The translations under genes and the position numbers were made by a program. A model generated the notes under the pieces. That model did no database searches. It had not been told where the DNA came from and saw nothing but the letters and a program-made list of their open reading frames with translations. A DNA stretch of 64,000 nt from a virus (lineage: Duplodnaviria; Caudoviricetes). Within the stretch, counting starts at the first letter, position 1; the number at the start of each line of letters is the position of its first letter. Of the stretch, positions 25,636 through 36,500 are shown piece after piece. The stretch lies in the IMG/VR virus record IMGVR_UViG_3300021256_000056, positions 64,001 to 128,000 of that record. One strand, 5' to 3'.

Positions 25636-27147
25636 ATGGCAATAGTTACAAACTCTAATCAAATTAAATACGGTGGACCTAAGTACCTTGACCCAAAGCA
25701 TGACCCCGTTGCAAACGTAGAGAGCCTTCCTAAGAGCCTAAGAGATGTTTTTGAGGGTATGACTCTTACGGTGCTTGACAGTGGAGACGGCACGCCTAAG
25801 GATTATTGGTATATTGGAGGACAGTGGGTTGTTAAGAGTGCTGGAGGTTCTGGTGCTTCTTATACCGCAGGTCAATACATCGACATTACTAATAACGAGA
25901 TTTCGGTTACTGGCATAACCCCCGATGATTATGCTAAGAAAACTGATGTTGCCGCAGATATCGCCACTGCAAAGGCGGGCGCAATTTCTGAAAGCGAAGC
26001 ATGGGTTGAATCTCAGGGTTTCTTAAAAGAGGTTCCTGCAGAATATGCTAAAACGTCCGATGTTGCAACCTCAATTACTGCCTCTGAAAATGAACTGAAA
26101 TCTTGGGTTGGCGAGCAGGATTTCGCAACCGAACGGGATGTTGAGGGGAAAGCCGATGCAACAGCAGTCACCGAAGAGATTGCAGCCGCAATTGCGGATG
26201 AGGTGGCCAGGGCAGAGGCTGAATATGCTAAAGTTGAAGATATTGCAACCGCAATAACGGAAGCACAAGCAGAAGCGGTCAGCGCCGCCACGGCTTGGAC
26301 CGAAGAACAAGGATACTTGAAAGAGATACCTTCACAATATGTAACAGTTTCTGAGCTCAATAACGAAATCAGCGATGCTAAAGATGAAATGTTTAGTGAA
26401 ACGACTGTTTGGGTTGAAGCTCAGGGCTATTTGAAGGAAATACCTTCAAACCTTGCAACCAAAGCCGAAGTTGCTAGTGCTGCCACAGAAGCTGTTGCTG
26501 AAGCCAATGCATATACCGATGCAGCTGTGAGCGCAATAACAGTTCCTGAATATAGTTTAAGTAGTGTAACCCCCACACCAGGCTTTGCGTCTACTTATGG
26601 TCTTATGAAGGACGGAAGCGCAGTTACGGGTTCTGCTCTCATCAATATTCCTGATACTGCGGGTGCAACAATAAAAAGTGCGATTACAACCGACATTACT
26701 ATTGGTTACGTGAGCGCTGGAACTTCGTTTGCTGCTGGCACGACAATTGAATCGATTCTTAGGGCAATATTTATTAACGACAGTCCTGTTGCGGTTGGAT
26801 ATGCTTATTATGGCTCACTTGTAACGCCTCTTGACGAAACGACTGGCATAACCGCCGAGAATATTAAAGCATATTTAAGCCACTCAGAAAGTGCTGCGTC
26901 AACGACTCCTTGGAGATTCCGTGTAAATGAGGGTGATTATCAGATTATTGTTGCTGCGCCATTATCATTCACTCTTGACGATGCGAACGACATAACAAAC
27001 GCCATTCCTTATTATAACGAAATTTCTAATAATGGAGCACCGAAGAAAACCCTAACCATTGACGGTATAGATTATGGCGTTTATTACTGCACCTTCCCCG
27101 TTGAAATGACAAGATTTATGATGGAAATAACACTTATAAACGCTTAA
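25636..27147 (+). CDS. Fibre/decoration protein with WVE.QGYLKEIP repeats
   Basis: YTAGQYIDITNNEISVTG knot motif, 3-4 WxExQGxLKExP repeats, AGTTIESILRAI, C-terminal IVAAP...IDGIDY. Confidence 0.6.
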   Translation: MAIVTNSNQIKYGGPKYLDPKHDPVANVESLPKSLRDVFEGMTLTVLDSGDGTPKDYWYIGGQWVVKSAGGSGASYTAGQYIDITNNEISVTGITPDDYAKKTDVAADIATAKAGAISESEAWVESQGFLKEVPAEYAKTSDVATSITASENELKSWVGEQDFATERDVEGKADATAVTEEIAAAIADEVARAEAEYAKVEDIATAITEAQAEAVSAATAWTEEQGYLKEIPSQYVTVSELNNEISDAKDEMFSETTVWVEAQGYLKEIPSNLATKAEVASAATEAVAEANAYTDAAVSAITVPEYSLSSVTPTPGFASTYGLMKDGSAVTGSALINIPDTAGATIKSAITTDITIGYVSAGTSFAAGTTIESILRAIFINDSPVAVGYAYYGSLVTPLDETTGITAENIKAYLSHSESAASTTPWRFRVNEGDYQIIVAAPLSFTLDDANDITNAIPYYNEISNNGAPKKTLTIDGIDYGVYYCTFPVEMTRFMMEITLINA

Positions 27148-27154
27148 TTGAACT

Positions 27155-27469
27155 ATGGCAAGTTATGTAGAGACTTTTAGAACAAAAATTGGACAGCCCG
27201 CTGTTTATCAAAGATTGAGTAGTAGTCCGCTTGACAGAAGTTCAATGTTTTCTGCTCTCACTGACGCGCAAGAGTATGCCAAGGGTGAGTATATTGCACC
27301 AGGTGAAAGTACTCCTGCACCACACGATAGTAGAAAATTGGCTGGAATGTCATATATTGGGCAAATTATTACCGTCTATGAAAATGACGTGGTAACTGCT
27401 TATCAGATTGATTACAATAGGGAGTTAAAGATGCTCGGCGGCGGAAGCGTCGACTGTGGCGATTATTAA
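27155..27469 (+). CDS. Small virion protein ending in DCGDY
   Basis: PLD...YIGQIITV motif similar to the N-terminus of the preceding protein. Confidence 0.55.
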   Translation: MASYVETFRTKIGQPAVYQRLSSSPLDRSSMFSALTDAQEYAKGEYIAPGESTPAPHDSRKLAGMSYIGQIITVYENDVVTAYQIDYNRELKMLGGGSVDCGDY

Positions 27470-27489
27470 TCAAACCTAAACTTAAGGCT

Positions 27490-27523
27490 GGGGCGGCAAT
27501 TTTTTTGCTGCCCCTTGTTTTTT
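27490..27523 (+). terminator. Intrinsic terminator
   Basis: GGGGCGGCAA-TTTTT-TTGCTGCCCC-TTGTTTTTT. Confidence 0.8.
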
Positions 27524-27545
27524 AAAAAAATTAACACTATCTTTG
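27514..27545 (+). promoter_or_regulatory. Bacteroidota-type promoter
   Basis: CTTG-N20-TATCTTTG, 4 nt before ATG 27550. Confidence 0.8.
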
Positions 27546-27549
27546 CGGC

Positions 27550-28182
27550 ATGAGACAAAGAAAGACATATTACGAGGCACTCTTCGAAGAAACGCCCGAA
27601 GAAAAAGCTTTATGGGAAAAAATTGACAAGGAGAGGGCTGACTATGAAAAAACCCCCGCTTATATTGAACACACGAAAAAAATTGAGAAACTTTTTGATG
27701 AACTTAAAAACGCCAAAAAGAAGCATCGTGAAAATGTCCGTCAAAACTATGAGCGCCCAATACGAAAACCCTTAGAGAAAATAACAGAATATAAGCCAAA
27801 ACCAAAACCAAGGCCAGAATCTGTTCAAAAATTACTGGATGCTTATTCTTGTTTAGATAAGCACGAGAAGCAGCTCTTTGGTATTGGCCTGCATGCCCTG
27901 AGTGAGGAGTATAAGGATTATGAAAACCCAATTACAACGAAAAAGGATTTGTCTGAACTTCTTGAAATCCTCGTTCAAACCACAATTGATTTTATCAATG
28001 AGCGCGATTTGACCGATATTTATTCTATTTCATTTGGCGCGGATGATTTGAATACTTCTGCAAAACACGGTGAATGGACTTGTGCTACCGACGCAAGTAT
28101 CTTCGCATATGGCCTTGGTGACGAGGAAATTAATGGGAAAACTGTAAAAGGTTGTCTCCAAAAAATTGGGCATTATATGTAA
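27550..28182 (+). CDS. Hypothetical protein
   Basis: 210-aa ORF with promoter. Confidence 0.7.
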   Translation: MRQRKTYYEALFEETPEEKALWEKIDKERADYEKTPAYIEHTKKIEKLFDELKNAKKKHRENVRQNYERPIRKPLEKITEYKPKPKPRPESVQKLLDAYSCLDKHEKQLFGIGLHALSEEYKDYENPITTKKDLSELLEILVQTTIDFINERDLTDIYSISFGADDLNTSAKHGEWTCATDASIFAYGLGDEEINGKTVKGCLQKIGHYM

Positions 28183-28183
28183 T

Positions 28184-28951
28184 ATGGATAAAGATATAAA
28201 ATTGTTAATAGTTCCTGACGTACACGGCAGAGATTTTTGGAAAGCCCCTGTGAAAGAAAATCTTGACAAAGAGATTATCTTTCTTGGGGATTATCTCGAC
28301 CCATACCAGAGTGAGGGTATTTATCCTCGGGATGCTCTCGTAATGTTTTACGAAATTCTTGAGCTTGCTAAAACGCATTCAAATATTGCGCTGCTTCTTG
28401 GTAATCATGACGCTGGCTACTGTCTCAGTCCTAGAATTTGTGAATGCCGCCATGATTGGGAAAACCATGAGGAAATACGTCAACTATTCGAGAATAACCT
28501 CGATTTATTTAATCTTGCTGAGAAACGTGTTATAAATAGAAAACACTTCCTATTCACGCATGCGGGAGTAAACCCCGCATGGGTCCAATATGAACCTTTT
28601 TTCGGAGGAAGAATCAAACCAACAGCAAAACAGTTAAACCGTTTACTTCATAATCCTCAGGATGCTGATTTTCGTGGTTTGGTTAGAGCGCTCGAAACAG
28701 TATCCTATTATCGTGGGGGCTATGAGGGGTATGGGAGTTTGCTTTGGGCCGATGTTCGTGAATTTTATAAAAATAATGAGATTCGAAACAAAAAAACAAT
28801 TCAAGTTGTTGGGCACACCATGTTAAATAATGTTGCCTTGCGATTTGGTGATATTTTTTACTGTTTGGACTGTCAGCAAGTATTCTATATTGATAATAAA
28901 GGAATAATAAGGTATTATAATACCGATGATGAAATCACTAAAGTTAAATGA
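28184..28951 (+). CDS. Calcineurin-like metallophosphoesterase
   Basis: DVHG, GDYLD, GNHD, HAG, GHT motifs; start moved to MDKDIK. Confidence 0.9.
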   Translation: MDKDIKLLIVPDVHGRDFWKAPVKENLDKEIIFLGDYLDPYQSEGIYPRDALVMFYEILELAKTHSNIALLLGNHDAGYCLSPRICECRHDWENHEEIRQLFENNLDLFNLAEKRVINRKHFLFTHAGVNPAWVQYEPFFGGRIKPTAKQLNRLLHNPQDADFRGLVRALETVSYYRGGYEGYGSLLWADVREFYKNNEIRNKKTIQVVGHTMLNNVALRFGDIFYCLDCQQVFYIDNKGIIRYYNTDDEITKVK

Positions 28952-29145
28952 AACCATTTGATAGTCCATCATTAACAGGGTTCACTTCTCGCTGGGGGCG
29001 CCAATGCTGGGAAGAAGCATTTGCTATAGAAGAATACAGTAACTCCTATTACGACATAGTATATAGTGGTTTTGGGTTTTTATATGGCAACAACTTTTAC
29101 AAGGTTACACGCCATGAGGCAAGAAGTGATTTTAAAAATGAATAA
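28948..29145 (+). CDS. Small hypothetical protein
   Basis: ATGA overlap with the upstream gene; ends at a terminator. Confidence 0.55.
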   Translation: MKPFDSPSLTGFTSRWGRQCWEEAFAIEEYSNSYYDIVYSGFGFLYGNNFYKVTRHEARSDFKNE

Positions 29146-29170
29146 AAGGGACTCTTGTGAGCCCCTTTTT
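29144..29170. terminator. Bidirectional terminator between convergent genes
   Basis: AAAAGGGACTC-TTGT-GAGCCCCTTTTT. Confidence 0.75.
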
Positions 29171-29927
29171 ATGTATTTGTCGAAATTCTTGTGACTTTTC
29201 TTCTATCCCATCCTGTAAAGGCGCAGAGCTCATCGATGATTTTTGTGGTTCTTAAAGACTTACCAAAATAGCCTCCAGTAAAGTAAATTTGTTTATATTT
29301 ATCCCTGGTTGCCCACTCTTGAAGAAGATTATAAAATCTAATGGCGTCTCCCCTTGTTTTACAAATAACCAAGTTGATGCCAGCATAATCATCCTTTATT
29401 ATTAACTTATTATTATAAACAGATACGCGTTTTATGTCATATCTTCCATTTATTTGGTTTATAAGCAAATTTTCATATACCCATGAAAAAGTTTTTCTTG
29501 AAACTCTTGGGTCATAACCATATACCCAAAAAGTTTCTTCTTCCTGAAATTTGAATTTATCAAGAATAGCCCACCTCTCGCTACTTGTTTTATGCTCGAC
29601 CAATTTACCATAATCATTCCTTAAGAGCGAAGTCTTTAATTCGCCGTGTGTTTTTTCAAGTATGAGATACTCATCGACGGAATCTTCGACCTTTCTTCCT
29701 GTTATTGATTTTCTTGGAAAAACAACTTTTTTACTTTCTTCGAGAAGTTTATTAACTTCCTCATATGCCTTTTCTATTGAAGGAAAGCTCCCGATATAGC
29801 CAGTTTGTTTTCCGTTTCTGCAGGAAATAATCTTATAATTCCACCTATTATAGCCTTTGTATATCTTTGGCGGTAATTTCTTCTTGGGGCCTCTTTTTTT
29901 CTTCCTCCCCCTCTTTTTCTTCGTCAT
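29169..29927 (-). CDS. Basic hypothetical protein
   Basis: Start moved to MTKKKRGRKKKRG (poly-basic N-terminus). Confidence 0.7.
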   Translation of the reverse strand: MTKKKRGRKKKRGPKKKLPPKIYKGYNRWNYKIISCRNGKQTGYIGSFPSIEKAYEEVNKLLEESKKVVFPRKSITGRKVEDSVDEYLILEKTHGELKTSLLRNDYGKLVEHKTSSERWAILDKFKFQEEETFWVYGYDPRVSRKTFSWVYENLLINQINGRYDIKRVSVYNNKLIIKDDYAGINLVICKTRGDAIRFYNLLQEWATRDKYKQIYFTGGYFGKSLRTTKIIDELCAFTGWDRRKVTRISTNT

Positions 29928-29930
29928 AAT

Positions 29931-29961
29931 TTTGCTTTCTCCAAATTCTTTTGTACATTTG
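29931..29961 (+). promoter_or_regulatory. Bacteroidota-type promoter for the 30014 gene
   Basis: TTTG-N19-TACATTTG. Confidence 0.75.
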
Positions 29962-29973
29962 TACGTACTTATT

Positions 29974-30005
29974 AAAAAATAACGTTTTTTAACTAACAAA
30001 TCAAT
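29974..30005 (-). promoter_or_regulatory. Weaker Bacteroidota-type promoter for the 29927 gene
   Basis: ATTG-N20-TATTTTTT. Confidence 0.45.
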
Positions 30006-30013
30006 ATATTAGT

Positions 30014-30490
30014 ATGAATAGAAAACTTACTGAAGCTAGCCAGGAGTATGTTGACCTGGTAAAATCTGTTGCTGAGGAAATCGGTATTGGACGTTATGTC
30101 GAGATGAACGTTTTCAACATGATTAAGTCATCTAAGGATGTTATCAAGGTTAAGAAGACCTCCGAACCCCTCGAGGTTAAACTCGACGGCGAGGATATGA
30201 TTGACGTCTATATCTACGAAGAGGCGTTCGACCTTGTGGAAGAATCCACCAAGAGGTTCTGGATTGAAAACGCCCTCTGCCAGGTCGCCTACGACATGGA
30301 AAAGGGTAGAGTTATTATCGGTAAGGAACCGACCATTACCGCACCCCTCGGCATCCTTAATAAGTATAAGGATGAAGCCGTTAGGCAGTTGGAACTTGCC
30401 AGCCTGACGGTTCAACAAATAAATGATGCCCTGAAACAGAAAAAAAAGGAAGAACGGCAGTCTAAGAAGAAAGAGAAAAAAAATCAATAA
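30014..30490 (+). CDS. Hypothetical protein, possibly a degenerate phage metallopeptidase-like fold
   Basis: VYIYEEAFD...FWIENALCQV aligns by eye with the HExxH helix region but lacks His/Glu ligands. Confidence 0.6.
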   Translation: MNRKLTEASQEYVDLVKSVAEEIGIGRYVEMNVFNMIKSSKDVIKVKKTSEPLEVKLDGEDMIDVYIYEEAFDLVEESTKRFWIENALCQVAYDMEKGRVIIGKEPTITAPLGILNKYKDEAVRQLELASLTVQQINDALKQKKKEERQSKKKEKKNQ

Positions 30491-30492
30491 AC

Positions 30493-30520
30493 AAAAAGCG
30501 ACACCCTTGGTGCCGCTTTT
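30493..30520. terminator. Bidirectional terminator ending the baseplate operon
   Basis: AAAAAGCGACACC-CTT-GGTGCCGCTTTT. Confidence 0.8.
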
Positions 30521-30523
30521 ATC

Positions 30524-33500
30524 TTAAGTTAGTGGTAGTGGTGAAAATCCATCTCTATCAACTTTAAAACCTTTATTATTAATGTTGGTTGCCGTTATTC
30601 CTGTGTCGGTCATTTCGAGAGTATAGCCACCAACGGTTACCCTAAAATTGGTGTTACCATTATTATCCAAATAATATTGCAATAAATTTGTACCAATTGT
30701 CTTAACCTCGATTCCGTTGGAGCCAATTACCACGGTGGGGTAAGCTGACTCGGGTGTTATATCTCGCCTTATTGTAAATGGGTAGCTACTTAATTGTATT
30801 GACGTGGATGCGCTAGCCTCTCCGCCTTCACCATATAACTCCACTGCACCCACTGTTGCGCGTATTGACACCGTAATAGTAATCTTTCCATCACTTATTT
30901 CCTCAAATTTTGCCTTTAACGGAATCGAAAACGACTTGCTCGTAAAATTACTGATACTACCTACTACTACATTATTTAACTTGATTGTTCCTTCTGTTTG
31001 TCCAGTAACATTTTGACCCTCGGAGTTAAAAGTGCTTCCAATACGTATCTCGGGGTCACTTCCGCTCATCCACAAATCTCCGCTTTCTTTATAAAGCGAG
31101 TATTCCCAGTAAAGTGAGACGTGCCCTGTTTCACCGCTATATTCTCCGCGCCACTTATAGGCTACAGCCGTATTCGATATCCATGTACCTTGTCTGGATA
31201 ATTCCCCGCTTCTTGAACCGATTTCTGCGCCTTGTACCCAATTTTCGTTTACCATTCCGCCTATGGTATTTGTTATTGACGTAGTTGAGGCTGTGGTTAT
31301 TCCCACCTTTCCTGATGAAATATTTATTACAGCCCTTGAATTTCTATCATTTAAGCGCAAATAATTGTCATTTTTTAATGTAATATTACCGTCCAGTGTT
31401 GCATTATTAATGCTGGCATTATTCATGTTTGCATTTTGTGATACAAAATTTCCGCTTGTGTCGACAACAAAGTTACCATTACCAATTGAAAGTGAACCAC
31501 CGTTGATTGTTGCACCTGTAATTATACCACCATAAATATTACTACCTGTTATGGTACCTTTTATTTCTGCACTATTTGTTTTTATGTGTCCGTCTTCATA
31601 TATAATAGTGTTGGCAGATACGCTGACTCGGCTTTCGGGCCCCTCATTTTTAATCCTTATTATTTCCCAATCGCTGAAAACAGCTCCGTCTTCCGATGTT
31701 GTCGTCGCCATCCATATAGCCTCGGCTCCTAAAAATTCTAGTGGCGTATGGAACCAGTTACTCTCTGCCGCTTCGGCCCACCAATCATTTATGAAATCGT
31801 TGGCTGCAGCTTCATTAAAATTGGGTGGTATTGGGGAATAGTCTTCAAGCCAACAAAATATACTACACCTATACCCCGCGCTACCAGTCTGCCAGGTTTT
31901 CTGAATGGCTGGCCAAGAGGCGCCTCCTGTAGTCCTATCATCTCCGTAGAAAGTTTTATTTGTAACATATACTATTACTTCATTAACGTCCACGGCTTCA
32001 CTGCTGTCAAGTTTTGGGCTGTCCATCCAAGTAATAACGTGGGTAAGGTCTTGGACCACTCCGCCAGCCTCTTCTCTATAAAACGTTCCCGTTGGGAGGG
32101 GGTTGTTGTAGGTTCCGCCAGTTACGAAATAATTGCCATCATCAAGATTGTGTATGTCTTCTTCCTCTCCTTCCTCCTCATCTACTGGCCTTATTTTTTG
32201 GATTGCAAATGCATAACTCGTCTTAATTCCGATAAAGGAGTCTATACCAGAAGCAAACATTACTTTTCCATGTGTTTCATCTAAAAAATGTTCGCTGGCA
32301 TTCATCATTGCCTTGAGGTTTTCATTTTCATCACGAACACCTATAACTTCCCTAAGTAATACACCTTCCTGGTTGTCTATTTGAGTTTCAGTAAAAGCAC
32401 TACGAAGATATTCCAGCCCCTCGACGCTCCCTGGGTCTCCCTTATCACCCTTTACCTTTACAATATTCCAGTCTGCGTCATTGAAGATACCGTTGGTACC
32501 ATTGATTGTTGCCATGAATATTGCACCATTAATACAGCTGCTGGCATCATCATACCAACCAGCGGTATTTGCTGATGCCCACCATGCGGCACTATTATCA
32601 AAACCAACGGGAATGGGGTTATATGTGCCATCGTTGTTTCCTGATGAATATGCGGCCTCAAAATCAACTGTATCTACCATCCTCGTGGGTGAACTCCAGT
32701 TCCCAGTTTCGCTTGGCGTGGTAGAATATCTTCTTGTTACCATCCATATAACCCTGTCTCCGCTGACAGTGCTTGGGGTATCTGTCCAGTTTACTGTGTG
32801 AGGCGTTGTCCCCGTTGGTGCAGGATTATTATAATCACCACCGCTTACTGTATCTTGACTAAGGTCGATACTTTCCTTTTGTGAGGTGAAATAAAACGCC
32901 GTGTATGAACCGTCAGCCCCATCTTTACCATCCTCTCCGTCTTTTCCGTTCTCAACAAACTTTGATACTACAGACCATTCGCTTGAGGTGATTGTATCGT
33001 TCTCGCCTATTGAAATCGCGGTTGCTCTTGTTGTATAGCAAGGTAAAAGGCCATCAATAGCGGGCATATCTTGGGTCCAACCACTTAAATTTCCAGAAAG
33101 AATACCAGTTGCAAATGTATATAATAAATTGGCTTGCGGAACTGAAGGTATTGTACTGTCGCGTTTATATAGTGTTACGGTCGCCGAATTTAGGCCGTTT
33201 GTGCCATCTGCACCGTCTTTAGAGAGTTCTACTGGCGTAGCCCACTTTGTGTGTTCAATAGTTTGTGTTGTCCCAGTACTATAAACGCTTGCTGCCGTTA
33301 CATAGACAGGTTTATTTGTTTGATAAGCAGGAAAATCCCTGCTCCAGCCATAGGGTACACTATCGAGGGTGTTTGTAGTGAAATCATATGTTATGGCGTT
33401 TGTCCAATCTATCGTCGCTACGGTTTCTGACCTCTTATAAAGGTATATCATTGCGGAGCTATAACCATTTTTGCCTTCATCGCCCCGCTCGCCTTTAACC

Positions 33501-36500
33501 TTTATTACCTGCCAATCATTGTCATTAAATACCTTATTACTTCCTTTGATTGTTGCCATATAAACTGCATCGCCAGAAAAGTCGGTTACATCATCATACC
33601 AACCCTGGCTATTGGCTAACGCCCACCATGTGGCACTATCGGGGTCGAAGTTTATTGGAATTACAGGTGCAACGGCATTGGGACTATACATTACTTCAAA
33701 GTTTGCGGTGTCTTCTAGTCTCTGAGGGCGACACCACTGTGTAACCTGGGTTCCAGCCGTTGTGGGGCCTTCGCTTGAGAATATTGAACTTGTCATCCAA
33801 ACAACACCAGCGCCAGAAGGTGCACTACTCCACACAACCGCAGTTCCTGCTGTTGTGCCGCTATCTGGTAATGGATTTACGAAGGTTCCTCCAGTTGGTG
33901 TTCCGTTGCTTATATTAACGCCCTCTGGGAGTGTTGTAAATGCAAAAGAAGTAAATATGGTATAACCATTTTCTCCGTCACTTCCATCTTCACCCTTGCA
34001 TTTGATAACATCCCAGTTTGACCAAACAGATTCCCCTGCAGGCTTATATATTCTATGGGCTTGGACCATCCATCTTGTATTTTCATTTGAAGTGTTAGTC
34101 CATGGTCCATATTGTGTGTTTATCGGGTCATTCTCCCATGCGGTCTCATTAAAACTACCATCAGCGTTGGTGTGCGCACTTGGAGGAACGAGGTTGCTTG
34201 AAGAAAATGAAGGCCCGTCATAGGAGCTATACTCAGCCTCAAATTCAATGGAATCTGATACCTGACTTAGTTGTGCTGCGGGGCTAAAGTAAGACCATGT
34301 TCCGTCGGCAAGTATTGCTCTCTTCGCTACCCAAATAAAATTATACGTTCCAGGTACAATACTCATTGGTGCAGCTTGCCAGCCTTCCGTACTTGGAACC
34401 CATCCTGGCGTAGTGAATGCATTAGCGTCATACACAACATTTAAAATTTCTGCGCCCTCGGGGTAGCCATGTTCTGCACTCGAAGTTGTTGTCGGAACAA
34501 TTCGGCTATCATTATTTGTAAGCGTTCCTAAATATATCGTTTCTTGGCCGATGCTCTTACCGTTTTCAGCATATTGAGTCCAAAGGAATGGCTCTCCAAA
34601 TACCTGCCAGCTCTTTCCGCCGTTACCGTCGTCTGTATATTTTCTTGTTGCACACCATAAGAACGGCCTTTGTGGTGAAACGCTTACGGGGGAATCAACC
34701 CAGCCACCACACCATCCTTTGCTTTCAAAATCGTGGGTCATTTGTCCACCAAGTAGCCATGTTTGCTGATATGCGGCAGACTCCTCATTTTGTATATCGG
34801 AACTAATTTTTTCACGTCCTGGAACGAATTTATTTTCTTGATAATAAGCTAATAAGGTTTGCTTCTGGACTTCCGTTAATTCAATATGCTCATGTTCTTC
34901 ATTATCGTTGTAATATGGACCAAAAATGCCACTTTTACTTGATTCACTAAAGTTCTGAGGGGGCATTTCAGGTGCTACATTGTAGGGGTATGAATATGAG
35001 ACAACGGAGTAATCTTCTAGATGATAGAATTTATTGTTAACGCTATCATAAATATATTCCTCATCCTCCTCGGGGTCAACTTCTTCATCTGTTGGCACAT
35101 ATGTTACTGAGTGCTCCCTGCATAAATCTTCTTCTTCTGGTGTTGGATTTGTAAGCTCTCTATAGCCATACATTTGTGTTGCGGTCTCAATTGCCGTTTC
35201 GGTTATACGGAAAATATACTCAACACCATCACCATCTATACCATCAGTACCCTTGGCCGCCCAAACGATTGGTGTGCCAAATAACGCCCATTCCAATGCA
35301 CCACCCGAGGCGGTAATTTCCCTTCTTGTAGAACAGGCCTCAATTTCATGCTCCAAATCCACACCTAAGGGACTATCGGTCCAGTGATATTGCCAATCTG
35401 GACTTTCTGGGATAAAGTCACTTTGTGTTCTACTTGTTACTGGATATCCTTCATACTCTGGATGTGATTCCTGATTCCTCATTTCATTGCATTCTGCGGA
35501 CTCGATGTATAACTGGTAATCACTTAATTTGGGGAATCGACAATATATAAACTCTATCCCACTTCCGTCGGCACCATTTATACCATCTTTTCCAGTAATC
35601 CTATTGGGTGTTGACCATGCACCTTTTATTTTCCCGTTTTCTTCATAGCCAAACTCGGCCTGTGACATCCACAATAATTCCCCGTCTGCGAGTGTTGGGG
35701 TTGTCGTCGTCCACGTGGCATATCCACCAAGCTGACTTGTGCTTGAAGTAAAGCTTGAGGGGTTTAATGTGTCATTATTCGTGTCCCAGTTGGCTACTGT
35801 GGATTCTGGGGCGTTGGGCGTCACGCCGCTTGGAATAGCGGTAAATATCATGAACATTCTTCCACCGTTAATACCATCTTTACCACTCTCACCTTTTATC
35901 TTTACAACCTCCCAATCGCTCCAACTCCCATTGTTGAGTGAACAGGTCGCCATATACGTTGTTGACGTGGTTGCATTGTCGCTCCATACACCACAGGTGG
36001 GTTCCATCTCCTGCTCCCATCTTACAATGTCAGTTTCGCCATAATCACTAATATAGCCGTTTAAGTTTGCGAGATATTCTGGGTGATTAAATACGGCATC
36101 TGTTTTATCGTTTGAGTCTGCCCATTCGACTTGGAACGAGGTTGTGTCGCTCATAAGCACGGGGGAAGTCCAATCGCTTATTGGCCCCAAAGTTCCTTCC
36201 TCAAATGTTGCTTTTGTCATCCAGACTGATGCAGTATTATTCGTTGGTATTGATTCGTGCCACACTCCTGTTGGCGTAGTAGGGACAGGATTGTCATAAG
36301 TACCCCCTGCGGGTGTTCCAGGAACGGACATTTGCCTTGCAAAAGCATAGCTCACAAACCTTGCTTTGGCTTCGTTGGGCTGAATATTTGTCCAATTATA
36401 ATCAGTTGCGCTTTCGCCTCTGGTTCCAGCAACAATCTGTAATCCCATCCACTTGTCTCCCTCCTCAAATTCACTGTGTATGGGTGTGCTAGCGTCGGGC

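Noticed and set aside
28184-28951. Metallophosphoesterase as the SbcD partner
   Set aside because: HAG/LLWAD/GHT pattern fits stand-alone phosphatase-type enzymes, and it lies in a separate transcription unit on the other strand.
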